Positions 8,255-18,380 of a DNA stretch of 54,502 bases are shown one piece after another. The stretch's first letter is position 1. Every line of letters begins with the position of its first letter. Made by a program: the position numbers and the translations under genes. The stretch is taken from positions 1-54,502 of IMG/VR virus record IMGVR_UViG_3300030329_002480, one strand, 5' to 3'. The notes beneath the pieces were generated by a model. That model was not told the origin of the DNA and did not search any database. It was given only the letters and a program-made list of their open reading frames with translations. The DNA is from a virus. Its lineage: Duplodnaviria; Caudoviricetes.

Positions 8255-9634
8255 CTACTCTCCAATAAGCTGTTTCCAGCCGGTGTCAAACGCAATGTGT
8301 TCTGCGGGGTCTTGTCCCTCGATAACACGTCCGTCGTAAAGAAGCGAGCCCTCAAGTATAGGTAGCACTTGCATATGGACATGTTCAGTCTCTTCATCAA
8401 ACGTAGCAATGCCGCACCCCTGCTGCCAGTCAGGACTCTGTGTTACTCCGGGCACCGCCCCGTCCACCCGACACAGGCATCCGGGGCTCATAGCGGTGAT
8501 CACATTACGCCCGAAAGGTCCGTGATAAGTTTTCTGCCCCAACTCTACACGATGAATGTGCCCATAGACCTCACTCCAACGTGCCGACTTTAGTATCGCA
8601 GCCGCCGTGGCCCCCCCGCCAGAGCGTACTTTATTGCCATGTGTGATACGTACCCGGTCCCATAGCCACCAGTCTGCGCCGTAGGGACCAACGTACTCGA
8701 TACCTAAGTCATCTAGACGGAGGAGGTTGCGGACACTTAAGGCGGGAGACTCCTCGAAAGCCCGTGAGAGGTGTGTCGCCTCAGGTAGTTTTTCTACCAT
8801 TGCCTTTGACATCCGCTCTTCGTGATTGCCAGCCATGTAAGTAACTTTTGCTCCGGGAGCAGACGAACGTATCTCCGCCAACCACCAGTGGAGCTCATCA
8901 ATGGTGGGTTGCGTGGTTTGCTTGTACTCCGGCTTGCGGGGGAATCGAGTACTCCATGGAGCAAAGTCAACCATATCACCTAGTAAGACCACATAGTGGG
9001 GGTTCACCTCACGGATTAGTCCTAGGACTGCGTCCATAGCTTTTCGGTCATGCATTGGCTCAAGGTACGTGTACCTATTCCGCCACGCAAAGCCCGCTTG
9101 CAAGTCAGGGACTATGACTGCGTGCTTTAACCGCTCCTTCCGCCCCGGATGGTCAATGCGGACCATTGGCCTCGCCGGTTCAGCGGGCCGGTATGTCGCC
9201 TCTATGCGCCGCTCAAGGTTGGCCTTGACTTGATGCAAGGTAACCTTCTTCATCGTGTCCCTAACCTTGTGAGCTGACTCCCAAGCGTTTGCTCTCCAAC
9301 TAGTTACTCGCCACTCTTTCTCATCCACGCAGGCGACTTTGAGCAGGTCGTCTAGGGTCTTAATGGACAAGCCCTTGGTAGAGATTTCTCTCTCAAAGGG
9401 GTTGGGGCTGTGGTCTTCGATGCGGGTCGAGGGGTCAGACCGGCCTGTGTGCTGCCCCTTGGGGAGGTCGAGCTCCTTAATCACCCTCCGCGCCTTGTGC
9501 TGCGTCACGTACTCGCCGGTCCATTCGGTGAGCATTGCGGCAATCGCGCGTCGGCCCGGAGTGTACTCGGCAAACTCGCACGCCTCCCTCAGCTTAGACC
9601 CGTACTTCTCGGCTAACTCTTTATAGCTGGCCAT
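8255..9634 (-). CDS. Calcineurin-like metallophosphoesterase with N-terminal extension
   Basis: Motifs PDLQ, GDMVD, GNHEER, THG, GHIHR. Confidence 0.85.
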   Translation of the reverse strand: MASYKELAEKYGSKLREACEFAEYTPGRRAIAAMLTEWTGEYVTQHKARRVIKELDLPKGQHTGRSDPSTRIEDHSPNPFEREISTKGLSIKTLDDLLKVACVDEKEWRVTSWRANAWESAHKVRDTMKKVTLHQVKANLERRIEATYRPAEPARPMVRIDHPGRKERLKHAVIVPDLQAGFAWRNRYTYLEPMHDRKAMDAVLGLIREVNPHYVVLLGDMVDFAPWSTRFPRKPEYKQTTQPTIDELHWWLAEIRSSAPGAKVTYMAGNHEERMSKAMVEKLPEATHLSRAFEESPALSVRNLLRLDDLGIEYVGPYGADWWLWDRVRITHGNKVRSGGGATAAAILKSARWSEVYGHIHRVELGQKTYHGPFGRNVITAMSPGCLCRVDGAVPGVTQSPDWQQGCGIATFDEETEHVHMQVLPILEGSLLYDGRVIEGQDPAEHIAFDTGWKQLIGE

Positions 9635-9657
9635 TCAGATCCCAAGTGAGGGGTAGT

Positions 9658-10224
9658 CTACGGGAGGGGCTCGATGTCGAGGATCGCAGTAACCGAGGTC
9701 ATCGCAGTGTAGTTAAAGACAGACCCGTCCCCGCTCAAGGTAAGAAACAGGGTTCCCGATTGCGTGGGACCGAGTGTTGTCCCGCTTGCATCGTACACAA
9801 TCGGGCTACCATCTGAGAAGGCGTCAATGCTTCCCTGCGTAACCGTGCGGGAGCTTTGGTTTTGAGCCAGCACGACGCTCACCACATAGGTGCTCGATGC
9901 GAACAGGTTTGTTCCACCCATGTGATCTGCGTTATGCAGAGAAAAAGGGAACTGGGCAACAATGCTGGTCGCCTCGCCCGCCACGGTGTTGTCCTTGCCC
10001 GCGCCAGCCGCGCAGGTGGTGTGGATGTAACAGGCGTCTTCCATGAGAGCGTTCGCGCCGAAAGACGACCCATCAACCAGTACGAGCGCGGCCCGATGCA
10101 CAATGCCCCGAGTGGGCACCGTGAACGACCAAGTGTAGGTAGAAGCGGTAGATGAATCCGGCAGGTCGGAGACGGTAGCCGCCGACGAAACCTGAATCCT
10201 AGAGGCCGAAGTTGAGCGTGGCAT
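9658..10224 (-). CDS. Putative virion protein, 188 aa
   Basis: Beta-rich Ser/Thr composition, in the structural operon. Confidence 0.6.
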   Translation of the reverse strand: MPRSTSASRIQVSSAATVSDLPDSSTASTYTWSFTVPTRGIVHRAALVLVDGSSFGANALMEDACYIHTTCAAGAGKDNTVAGEATSIVAQFPFSLHNADHMGGTNLFASSTYVVSVVLAQNQSSRTVTQGSIDAFSDGSPIVYDASGTTLGPTQSGTLFLTLSGDGSVFNYTAMTSVTAILDIEPLP

Positions 10225-10235
10225 TCAGCCCCCTA

Positions 10236-10691
10236 CTATGCGATGGCGGCTAGGTTCTGGACGCCTTCCCCGGAAAACTGGACCTTGCCGGTGGTTGCAT
10301 CGCCAACCACTAGTACGGTGCCAATCTCTCGAATCACATCGCCACTTGCGCTTGGCGCGGTCAACGTCATTTCGCCCGCCGTGAGGGACACGTACACAGG
10401 GTCACCCACCGCGCCTGCGGCAGTGTTGAAGGTCACGATCTGCCAAGGCAGCGCGACACCGTACCCGCCAGCAGGAATATCATGCTTGGCGATTAGGAGC
10501 CGTCCCCGAGTAGTGGCAAGAGCATCCGCGTCTGTCTTGCCCACCTTCATAAAGGGGCCCTCTGCGCCCACGCCGCAGAGAATAGTGCCTGCGGGCAGTG
10601 CGTTCACGGTGTCGTTGTTGAGGACTTTGACGCCTTCGGCATAGTTAAAGTCGCGACCGGCCTTAATCAACCTTTGCTTAAGATTACCCAT
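10236..10691 (-). CDS. Putative capsid cement/fibre-like protein
   Basis: GDPVYVS..AGEMT...IGTV beta-clip-like pattern. GGAG RBS before the ATG at 10691. Confidence 0.55.
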   Translation of the reverse strand: MGNLKQRLIKAGRDFNYAEGVKVLNNDTVNALPAGTILCGVGAEGPFMKVGKTDADALATTRGRLLIAKHDIPAGGYGVALPWQIVTFNTAAGAVGDPVYVSLTAGEMTLTAPSASGDVIREIGTVLVVGDATTGKVQFSGEGVQNLAAIA

Positions 10692-10746
10692 AATGTCTCC
10701 TATAGACTTCAATCAGGCCCATGGCCTTGCTTGTTTGATATTGGAT

Positions 10747-11049
10747 TTACGGAGCTATGTCAACCGTTTCTGCGGCATTTGCTTGTGCCATACTGTCAGC
10801 CATGACAAGCATAGCGTTGTTGCCCAGCAGCCCGCCTAGTACCGTGAGGATCATAATCAGGGTTTGAGGGTGCTTTAGGGCCGACGAGATACTCCATAGT
10901 GAGCGTTGTCCCATTTCATCGAGGCGTTCCTCGATGCGTCCAAGCGCACTAACTGTGTACTTTTGTTCCGTCTGGATGACCGCTACCGTTTCCCGTATTC
11001 CGCCAACCTGCTCTTCAAGATTGGTTACTCGCTGTTCAAGCCCCGACAT
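10747..11049 (-). CDS. Coiled-coil plus transmembrane protein (holin-like candidate)
   Basis: LEQRVTNLEEQV coiled coil followed by hydrophobic LIMILTVLGGLLG. Confidence 0.55.
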   Translation of the reverse strand: MSGLEQRVTNLEEQVGGIRETVAVIQTEQKYTVSALGRIEERLDEMGQRSLWSISSALKHPQTLIMILTVLGGLLGNNAMLVMADSMAQANAAETVDIAP

Positions 11050-14000
11050 CAGTCCTCCGTAGGTACGATCGGGGTCTTCGCCTGACGCTCCAGATCGTTC
11101 TCCAGTCTCTTCAATCTATCACTAACATCATCCTCTTTCCAATAACGCTCACTATCCCCATTGTAAAACAATACCTTGCCGGTATTGAGCAATGCGCCGA
11201 GAGCCTCCAGACGAGCCCGCGCTGGGCCCGAGTCTACGGCAAGAGCGCGGATCTCACTGGGTGCCATGCCGGGGAATGCGAGGCTAAGCATAAGGCGGAA
11301 ACGATGATATTCGGTTTTAGGAATCTTGGCGATCGCGGCACCGACCGGTCCCGCCGGATAGCGGATTCGCTTTGTCCGTGTGTCCTGTGGGTCTTGTGTC
11401 AGAACCGCGAGATCTGGCGCACCAAGCATCCCAAGGAGCTCTACAAACTCCATGTCCCCGTTCCGCATCCTGAGCCCGTATTCGGATGCGGGGACGTCAC
11501 TGACACCCACTAGCTCTTGGAAGAAGTCTTCAAACACGTCCGAGTATACGGGAGCTAGGAACTGGTCGATTGTTGAATCAATCAAAGACTCAAACGCTTT
11601 CTCCGGGTTCGAGGATAGTGGAATAACCTTCCCTTCTGGGTCCACAATGTTCCCTCCCGCAACGGCAAGGGCTGAGAGACTGGCTGCGATGTCAAGCATC
11701 CCAAGCATGTACTCGGTTGTGGTGGCTTTCGGAAAAATGCGGGCAAAGTGTGTTCGGACATAGCCCCCTTTTGCCATCTCCGTGACTGCGTTTTCTGGCA
11801 TTTCACCTAGAGCAAGAAGGGGATACTCCTCAAGGTACTTAGGCATCTCCCGCATCGACGCATACTTGGCTTGCTCTTCTTCGGTCAGCTCAGTGTACGG
11901 GTCCGTCATCGCTGCGGGGTACTGGGTCATGAGCCGACTAACTACCTCAAACCGTTGTAACTGAGTCGCGCCCCTAGCATAGCGGCTCATGTACTCCTTT
12001 ACGCCGACGTCGGAGGCCTCAAAGAACATCCGAAACACCTGCGCCATAGCGTTCTTCGAGAGTGTGTAGAACAGGACGTAACGGCCAATAAAGGACATCT
12101 CATGCTTTCCAACTGAATGCGACCAGTCGTACAGTGTATTCGACAACTCCCGGAAGGCCTCCTGCTCCGTCAGCCCCCGGTTGATGCGGGCGTCGGCGTA
12201 CATGAGAAGGCGCTGACGACGAGTAACTTCACGGATTTTCATCTCCATGATGTTCTGCATGTAGCCGAGATCTTGACCTGCACGCGAAAGGGCTCCGAAG
12301 ACACCCGGATTTTTCTGGCGTTCAACCATAAGGGTGCGCCGAATCGCAGCGGAGAAGTCTTGGATGCGGATGTTCTCCCCGATTCCTGCGCCAATCGCTT
12401 CGGCGTAAAACTCGGCGTAAGTCATTTTGGTGCCGTCTTTAAGTGTCAGCACATCCTCACTGGCCGTTAAGATTTTATCCAACGCACCGTTAAACATCGC
12501 AGAAAAAGCTGTAGGGAGCCCCTCTTTGCCGGGGGGTAGCTGTGCGATCGTCCTAAAGTAGGCGTTCTGTAGCGCCTTTCCGTACACAGGGACGTAAGCG
12601 AGTGAGCCCATGAAGGTCAGATTCGCGGCCCTAGCTGGTCCCACGGTGATCCACATCTGGGAAAAGTCACCAAACAACTGGTTCATAAAGTACGCAGGTC
12701 GCGGGATAACGAGCCCGGTGAGGATGTGTGTCTTGAACCACCGAAGAAACTTCTCGTACAGCCTTAGACCACTGGAGTGCAGCATTGTGGATGCCGCGTC
12801 CTCACTGATCGCTTCGTCGAGTTCTTTCTGAATCTTGGTAAGGCTCTCGTTGAGATCGTTCAAGATGCTCTGAGGCACCATCAACACGTTGCCCTTTGAA
12901 TCGACCGATGCGGCAACCATGCGTTGGTACGCAGTACGGGTAGCATGTAGCTCATCCGTCTGGCCTTTCCGGCCAATGCTGGTCAAGCTACCCGTCCCCC
13001 AGATACTAAATCCGTCCAGTGCATCCAGAAGAGACAACCGGATATCGCGATGAAGCACCTCGTCAAGAGGGACCACAAGAAGCTCGCCCTTTTGTCCCCC
13101 CGCTGGGCTGGACAAGTAGACGACGTTCGCCTTCTTATCGATCTTATTGATGCGGTACGCCGACTTTCCGAGCGCATCCATACCTAAGTCTTCCAGCTTC
13201 GGCAAACGCACAAACGGCTTACCTGCACCGCGTCCCGCAGCAGGGACTGCGCCTGCTTGAGGATAAGGTGTTTGTCGGAGTTTAGCGACATCAGGGAAAG
13301 GACCGGCTCGACTAACGCTAGGTAGTTTTGTGAGGTCTACATGCGGTCCCAACAACAACGCGGCCTGATGCTCCGCGACATAGCTAAGCATGTTCTTGAC
13401 CTCATCATTGATTCCCGGAATCAGTTGCTTGAAGAAGTCCATCTGCTCGAACCACAGGGGTGTCTGCCTACTTTCATACCGGATCAAGCTTAAGAACTTC
13501 TGAACATCCGGGTTCTCAAAAGGCACCGTGTGGATTTCCGCAAAGCCCTCCCGATTCAGTACTTGGTCCCAAAAGCCACGGTTGAAGATATACGAGACAC
13601 GATTAGCCATTCGCCGCGCTCTAGCGGGATCCATACCTAGCTTTTTGGTTAGCTCCTCCCCCCGCTTGAGAAGAGTCGAGTTACCCATATGAATGTAGGG
13701 ACGAAGCAGTTCCTTCATCTCAAGCTGATGTGCTTTTGCTTTTTCCACGATGGCCATAGATGCCGCATCACCAGTTTCTAAGGCACGAGCTCTATTGGTC
13801 ACCACGTTGTGCAGTGCCTCATGAATGATGATCTGCGCGTTAAAATAGCGGGGGTCAAAGTTCATGTGGTCTGGGCCCGAGTGGGCGTTGTTGTACCTCC
13901 GCTGGAAGTAGATGGGGTTTGTGTCGGAGGCGTAAGGGACAAGGGCTTCGGCCATTCGCCGGTAGTTCTCCCCGCGCGCGTTTTGTGAGAGCCATTGTAA

Positions 14001-17000
14001 GATGTCACGGGTGCTATACAGCATGTCGCCCGCCACGGGTTTCTTCATGGTAATGGGGTTCAGGAAACCGTCACTGTGACTGTCTTTGACTGTAGAAAAC
14101 TCAAGCGTCGGGGTGACCTCACGCAAAAACTCCTCACGTAGTTCTCGTGCTGTTCTCTCCTCGAAGCCCTTGCCTTCTGCTCTCTTTGCATACTGTGTGG
14201 CAACCACGCTTCGTTGTCCCGGCAAAGTAAGCTTTTTGATTCTCCCGTCTTTTTCTTCGATGCGAAGACGCTCTGTGAGTTGATTAAACAACTCCGCGTC
14301 TTTTCGCAGCATCACGTAGTCACCCACCATGAAGTCTACTTTGGCAAAGTTGTCGGTCGCCTCGGCTCCTTCACCCATCAAAAAGTTCATGGCCCGAGCC
14401 ATACGTGGATTAAACCTAGGGCCAATGATGTTTGCGACCTTATCAAAGAAATCCGCCTGCATCGCGCCTAACACAATCCCTTTGTAGAACTTGGTCATGC
14501 CACCTGCGGTGGTCAAACTAGACAAGTCCAGCGTCACGGGCTTTTCTTTTACCCCTAAGATTGCGGAGCGAATCACATTCTCGAAGCCCGCGAGGAGTGC
14601 GTCTCCGGGAGCGGACAGGTCCATCTTTGCGACCCCGTCGTACACCCGACGAACAAGTTTGTCGTACTGTCCTCCCGGCTCGTAGAACTTGTCGCGGTTT
14701 GCCAGTGTGGACTCATCAATAAACGCTTGAATAGCCGCCGAAAGACCGGGGTTTTCGATAAGCTTGTCGCTGGGAGCCGCCATGTCCCGTGTTTTCCGCA
14801 TGCTTGTCACTTGCCGAAGGAACGTAGCAATCAAGGACTCAGAACGGCCAACGATGCCCGTTAGTGTTAATGTTGCTTTCTCGGTGCCCCACACACGATA
14901 CCGTGACGCTACTTCTTGGATGCCCCCTGCTGAGGTCAACATGCCACGCACTAAAGCGTTCGCCTCGTCAAGATCGTCTACATTTGCCAAGATGATGTTA
15001 AAGGAATCTAGTAGATCTTGGACCCTGCGTGCGATGACCTTTGCTGCATCATCTACGTCCCGTCGCACCACCGACTCCAGAAGACGCACATTTGTAGAGA
15101 AGAGAGGAACTTTCTCCATGACGCGCCCGATCGCTAGCGTGCCCCACACAATCAGCGCACGCGGCTGACGGAATAGGCCGGGAATGCCATCCTCAAGTCG
15201 GAGCCCGAGTTGGATCATGCTGAGAGGGTCTTTGAAGACCTTAATCAGGGCGCTTGTTGTATAGATGTCGTCCACATGGCTAGGAGCGAGGGCTTCTGCT
15301 AGTTCGTCCCCAAACATGCGCTGGTCATGTACGTCATACTTGAATGCAGCGCGGGCTCTTCCCTCAACCGCATCCATCATCTTCTTAAACACCGCAGGCT
15401 TAAGCCCCGTGACTGCTGCCGCTCCCTTTGCGAGTCCCCGCATAGCTTGTAAGTACTCGTTGTACTCGTTCACGACAAACGCATCAATCCGCTCCGGTGA
15501 CATCGCATCTAATGCTTCGGTGCGTTCTTTAAGATTGCGCGTCTCACTGTTGAGCGCGCTCAGTTGGTTGGCTACATCATCGAGCGCAACGATGTTTGCG
15601 TCATACCTTTTTTGTAAGGCCTCTACGAGAGCGGGTGATCTCCTACTTCGTACCGCAGCGTCGAGTTTCGCGTACTCTCCCGTCTCAAGATTTAGCTCTT
15701 GGAAGAGTTTCGTGAGGAGATCTTCAATCTGGCCGAGAGCCCGGAGGGACTGGCCTTTGACGTTCTCGTAGAGATTTTCTGTGGCCCCACTAAACATCTG
15801 GTTCAGTTCTGCCCTAGTCGCCTTAGTCTCTACCTTTTGGAGCAACTCAAGGATTCGATCGGAAATCAACGCATGCACTTGCCGCGCTCGCGCCTTTATG
15901 TCTGCATCGTCCTTGCGTCCCCTAAGTTTGACTCCTTTCAGGAGTCCGTGGGCTTCTGCGACACTCTCCATGTCTTTTTTCCCGCGTAGTGCGGCGAATG
16001 CGTCGGAGATAAAAGCAGAGGCGTCTGGATCAACGTAGCGTTGTGCGTACTCCGCAAACTTTTGGCGCATCTTAGTGCTTCTTGCAAAAGTAACGACTGC
16101 ATCGTTGACCTGCTTTTCAGCGTTGATTGCCAGTTCTGCGGCGCGGATCTCATACTGAATAGCAGACAACTTAAGATCCGCCTTGCGAGCCATATCCGAC
16201 GCTTGCTCTGCCGCTGCTCTCTGCTTGTTTGCCTTCTCCAAAAGCTTTTTACTTTCTACCTTAAGAGAAGTGTACATCTCCATAGAACGACGCACCGCAG
16301 TCGATCTCATGTTCGCTGCAAGCCCGTGGTCCATCAGCTTGCCTGCGCTAGCCAGTAGGCTGTATGCCGCTACCCCGCCTGTTTTGTCTTGTCGTGCCGC
16401 TTTGTTGATAAAGCTGTCAACGTCTTTAATCTCGTCGGGGGAGGTGACTTGGCCTTTGCCTCCCGTAGCTTGCTGGATAATCCGCTCAAGGGCCACACCG
16501 CTGCGCCCAATATTAGTTTGGGAGGTCAGGCCAGTAACATGCGCCAGTTTTTGTCCGCCTACTTTACCCCCCACAGCTCCGGCTGCGACAGCAGTGAAGA
16601 TATCGGGACTCGCAATGAAGGTTGCAAGGGCCGCGATAGAGCCCACTGCGGTCCCTAGGCGCGGATTCTCTCTGCCGTATGTCCCCAAAAAAGGGTTGAT
16701 AAAGGCGTCACCAAACTCTGTTAGGAAGCGTCCCCCTGCGATGTCGTCTTTGATGGTGTAGGCAAGATGCTTTTCGGTGCCCACGTTAGCCAGCATGTTC
16801 CTGACGATACGTCCGGGTCGGCCCGAATCCATCTCATTACCAGATCTAGCCTCTTCGTCTACAGCAAGAGCAAACGACCGCACCAAGGGCTCGTCCACAG
16901 AAAAGCGTAGGATGTAGTCCAGCATATTTGTTGCTTTAGACTCGCCTAACAAAGGCACAAAGAAGTCGCCTTCGCGGACAAAGTCGAGCTCCTCGCCCCC

Positions 17001-18380
17001 CTCGGTTACGATTCCCGCAGTTCGGCGTGGCAACGTAACAGCGATAAGCGCCTTAGCTATCCGATCAGGCAAGTTATCGAGGATCTTCTCTTTCTGGCCC
17101 AAAGTAAAAGCTGTGTTGAGTGCCGACGCAACCTTGAAGATTTCCGCGCGGGTGCCTTTGCCCTCCGTAAAATCACGGAGTGCGCCTTCTGGGTCAACAT
17201 GAACCACTAAAGAGTCTCGATCCATCAACGAGTTAATCATGGTCCGAGTGCGGTTGCGACTACGCTCCCGAAGGTCTTCCTTCTGCTGTTCTGACAACTC
17301 GCTTGTCTTAAGCCCGAGCTTCTTCCTCTCCTGATGAAACAACAGGTTCTCAATACCTTTCTGGAGTTCTTCGCGATTAATGCCGTACCTGTTGTCCCTA
17401 GTTGTGGACACTGGAATGTATACGTCCGAAGGCCTCGCTTTCGCGCGACTGAAAAAGGCATTCTGCTTAATCATGTTGGCGTCTTCGGTGTTGCCCATGG
17501 CGGCGAGCAAGTCTTCGTCGCTCTGCCCTACCCGAAAGCCCTCGGCATACATGCGGAACAGATCTTTCGACGTTTTGTCCGAGTACAACAGGCGAATCAG
17601 GTTGTTTGATGTCGCCTCGACCATAGACTTATCGAATGCATCGTTAAATCGGGGGACACCCACAACTCTCTGTCCGTTAACCACTGCGTGATGAATCGCG
17701 CTGGGACGCTGTGTTGTGATCTTTTTCTGGAGCAGGCCCATAGCTTCGTTTTCAAGATCTTCTTGCTGCTTTGCGGCTGCGCTAAAGTTGTCGTACAGGT
17801 CTCTTGGAGACTCAAACTGTCGGGCCAAGTTCTCCATCGACCAGATATTCAAAATATTAGCCGCGTTGCGGTCGATATGATTGGGAATATCAGGGTTAAA
17901 AAGTGGGTTACTCGGATCATAAGCCACTTGGGCTCGCGCGTCTGCGATTAGTTTATCGAGTAGCTGCTGCTGGTTCTCCTCGTTGTTGGGTAGCCCTTGG
18001 GCTTTGAGGATGCGCCCTAGTCGGGTAACTCGATCTTTAAGAAGGGTGTTCCCAAAACCAAGCTGAAAGAGGCCGCGCTCTTCGCGCAACTTCTCTTGGT
18101 ACGCTTTGCGTTGGCTCTCCGTGGGCAGTGCGGCGCGGATCTCGTCTAATCTCTTGGCGTCTTGGTCCACCGAAGGTGGCTTCGTGACATCCGCACGACG
18201 CGGCAGGCCCATCTTCTCCGCAATCTGCTTACGCTTTACAGCGTAGGCGCGATGGATGGGCCTCAGGTGCAGGGGAAGCTGCTCTTCGGTAACACCAAAA
18301 AAATGCTCTTCTGGGTCGGGGGACTCAAACTTTATTTCGTCCACCGCCGCATCAGGCGTCTTAGTAGTCTTGTCCGCCAC
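11049..18380 (-). CDS. Giant internal virion / ejection protein, 2443 aa, with a zincin-like domain
   Basis: Helical composition, Gly/Ala hydrophobic stretch, IIIHEALH motif, C-terminal LYDW...RYVLFY pattern seen in ejection proteins. Confidence 0.75.
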   Translation of the reverse strand: MADKTTKTPDAAVDEIKFESPDPEEHFFGVTEEQLPLHLRPIHRAYAVKRKQIAEKMGLPRRADVTKPPSVDQDAKRLDEIRAALPTESQRKAYQEKLREERGLFQLGFGNTLLKDRVTRLGRILKAQGLPNNEENQQQLLDKLIADARAQVAYDPSNPLFNPDIPNHIDRNAANILNIWSMENLARQFESPRDLYDNFSAAAKQQEDLENEAMGLLQKKITTQRPSAIHHAVVNGQRVVGVPRFNDAFDKSMVEATSNNLIRLLYSDKTSKDLFRMYAEGFRVGQSDEDLLAAMGNTEDANMIKQNAFFSRAKARPSDVYIPVSTTRDNRYGINREELQKGIENLLFHQERKKLGLKTSELSEQQKEDLRERSRNRTRTMINSLMDRDSLVVHVDPEGALRDFTEGKGTRAEIFKVASALNTAFTLGQKEKILDNLPDRIAKALIAVTLPRRTAGIVTEGGEELDFVREGDFFVPLLGESKATNMLDYILRFSVDEPLVRSFALAVDEEARSGNEMDSGRPGRIVRNMLANVGTEKHLAYTIKDDIAGGRFLTEFGDAFINPFLGTYGRENPRLGTAVGSIAALATFIASPDIFTAVAAGAVGGKVGGQKLAHVTGLTSQTNIGRSGVALERIIQQATGGKGQVTSPDEIKDVDSFINKAARQDKTGGVAAYSLLASAGKLMDHGLAANMRSTAVRRSMEMYTSLKVESKKLLEKANKQRAAAEQASDMARKADLKLSAIQYEIRAAELAINAEKQVNDAVVTFARSTKMRQKFAEYAQRYVDPDASAFISDAFAALRGKKDMESVAEAHGLLKGVKLRGRKDDADIKARARQVHALISDRILELLQKVETKATRAELNQMFSGATENLYENVKGQSLRALGQIEDLLTKLFQELNLETGEYAKLDAAVRSRRSPALVEALQKRYDANIVALDDVANQLSALNSETRNLKERTEALDAMSPERIDAFVVNEYNEYLQAMRGLAKGAAAVTGLKPAVFKKMMDAVEGRARAAFKYDVHDQRMFGDELAEALAPSHVDDIYTTSALIKVFKDPLSMIQLGLRLEDGIPGLFRQPRALIVWGTLAIGRVMEKVPLFSTNVRLLESVVRRDVDDAAKVIARRVQDLLDSFNIILANVDDLDEANALVRGMLTSAGGIQEVASRYRVWGTEKATLTLTGIVGRSESLIATFLRQVTSMRKTRDMAAPSDKLIENPGLSAAIQAFIDESTLANRDKFYEPGGQYDKLVRRVYDGVAKMDLSAPGDALLAGFENVIRSAILGVKEKPVTLDLSSLTTAGGMTKFYKGIVLGAMQADFFDKVANIIGPRFNPRMARAMNFLMGEGAEATDNFAKVDFMVGDYVMLRKDAELFNQLTERLRIEEKDGRIKKLTLPGQRSVVATQYAKRAEGKGFEERTARELREEFLREVTPTLEFSTVKDSHSDGFLNPITMKKPVAGDMLYSTRDILQWLSQNARGENYRRMAEALVPYASDTNPIYFQRRYNNAHSGPDHMNFDPRYFNAQIIIHEALHNVVTNRARALETGDAASMAIVEKAKAHQLEMKELLRPYIHMGNSTLLKRGEELTKKLGMDPARARRMANRVSYIFNRGFWDQVLNREGFAEIHTVPFENPDVQKFLSLIRYESRQTPLWFEQMDFFKQLIPGINDEVKNMLSYVAEHQAALLLGPHVDLTKLPSVSRAGPFPDVAKLRQTPYPQAGAVPAAGRGAGKPFVRLPKLEDLGMDALGKSAYRINKIDKKANVVYLSSPAGGQKGELLVVPLDEVLHRDIRLSLLDALDGFSIWGTGSLTSIGRKGQTDELHATRTAYQRMVAASVDSKGNVLMVPQSILNDLNESLTKIQKELDEAISEDAASTMLHSSGLRLYEKFLRWFKTHILTGLVIPRPAYFMNQLFGDFSQMWITVGPARAANLTFMGSLAYVPVYGKALQNAYFRTIAQLPPGKEGLPTAFSAMFNGALDKILTASEDVLTLKDGTKMTYAEFYAEAIGAGIGENIRIQDFSAAIRRTLMVERQKNPGVFGALSRAGQDLGYMQNIMEMKIREVTRRQRLLMYADARINRGLTEQEAFRELSNTLYDWSHSVGKHEMSFIGRYVLFYTLSKNAMAQVFRMFFEASDVGVKEYMSRYARGATQLQRFEVVSRLMTQYPAAMTDPYTELTEEEQAKYASMREMPKYLEEYPLLALGEMPENAVTEMAKGGYVRTHFARIFPKATTTEYMLGMLDIAASLSALAVAGGNIVDPEGKVIPLSSNPEKAFESLIDSTIDQFLAPVYSDVFEDFFQELVGVSDVPASEYGLRMRNGDMEFVELLGMLGAPDLAVLTQDPQDTRTKRIRYPAGPVGAAIAKIPKTEYHRFRLMLSLAFPGMAPSEIRALAVDSGPARARLEALGALLNTGKVLFYNGDSERYWKEDDVSDRLKRLENDLERQAKTPIVPTED

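Noticed and set aside
5818-9634. Rad50/Mre11 (SbcCD) pair formed by the ATPase and the metallophosphoesterase
   Set aside because: The genes are on opposite strands in different operons, and the phosphoesterase looks like the common stand-alone phage type.
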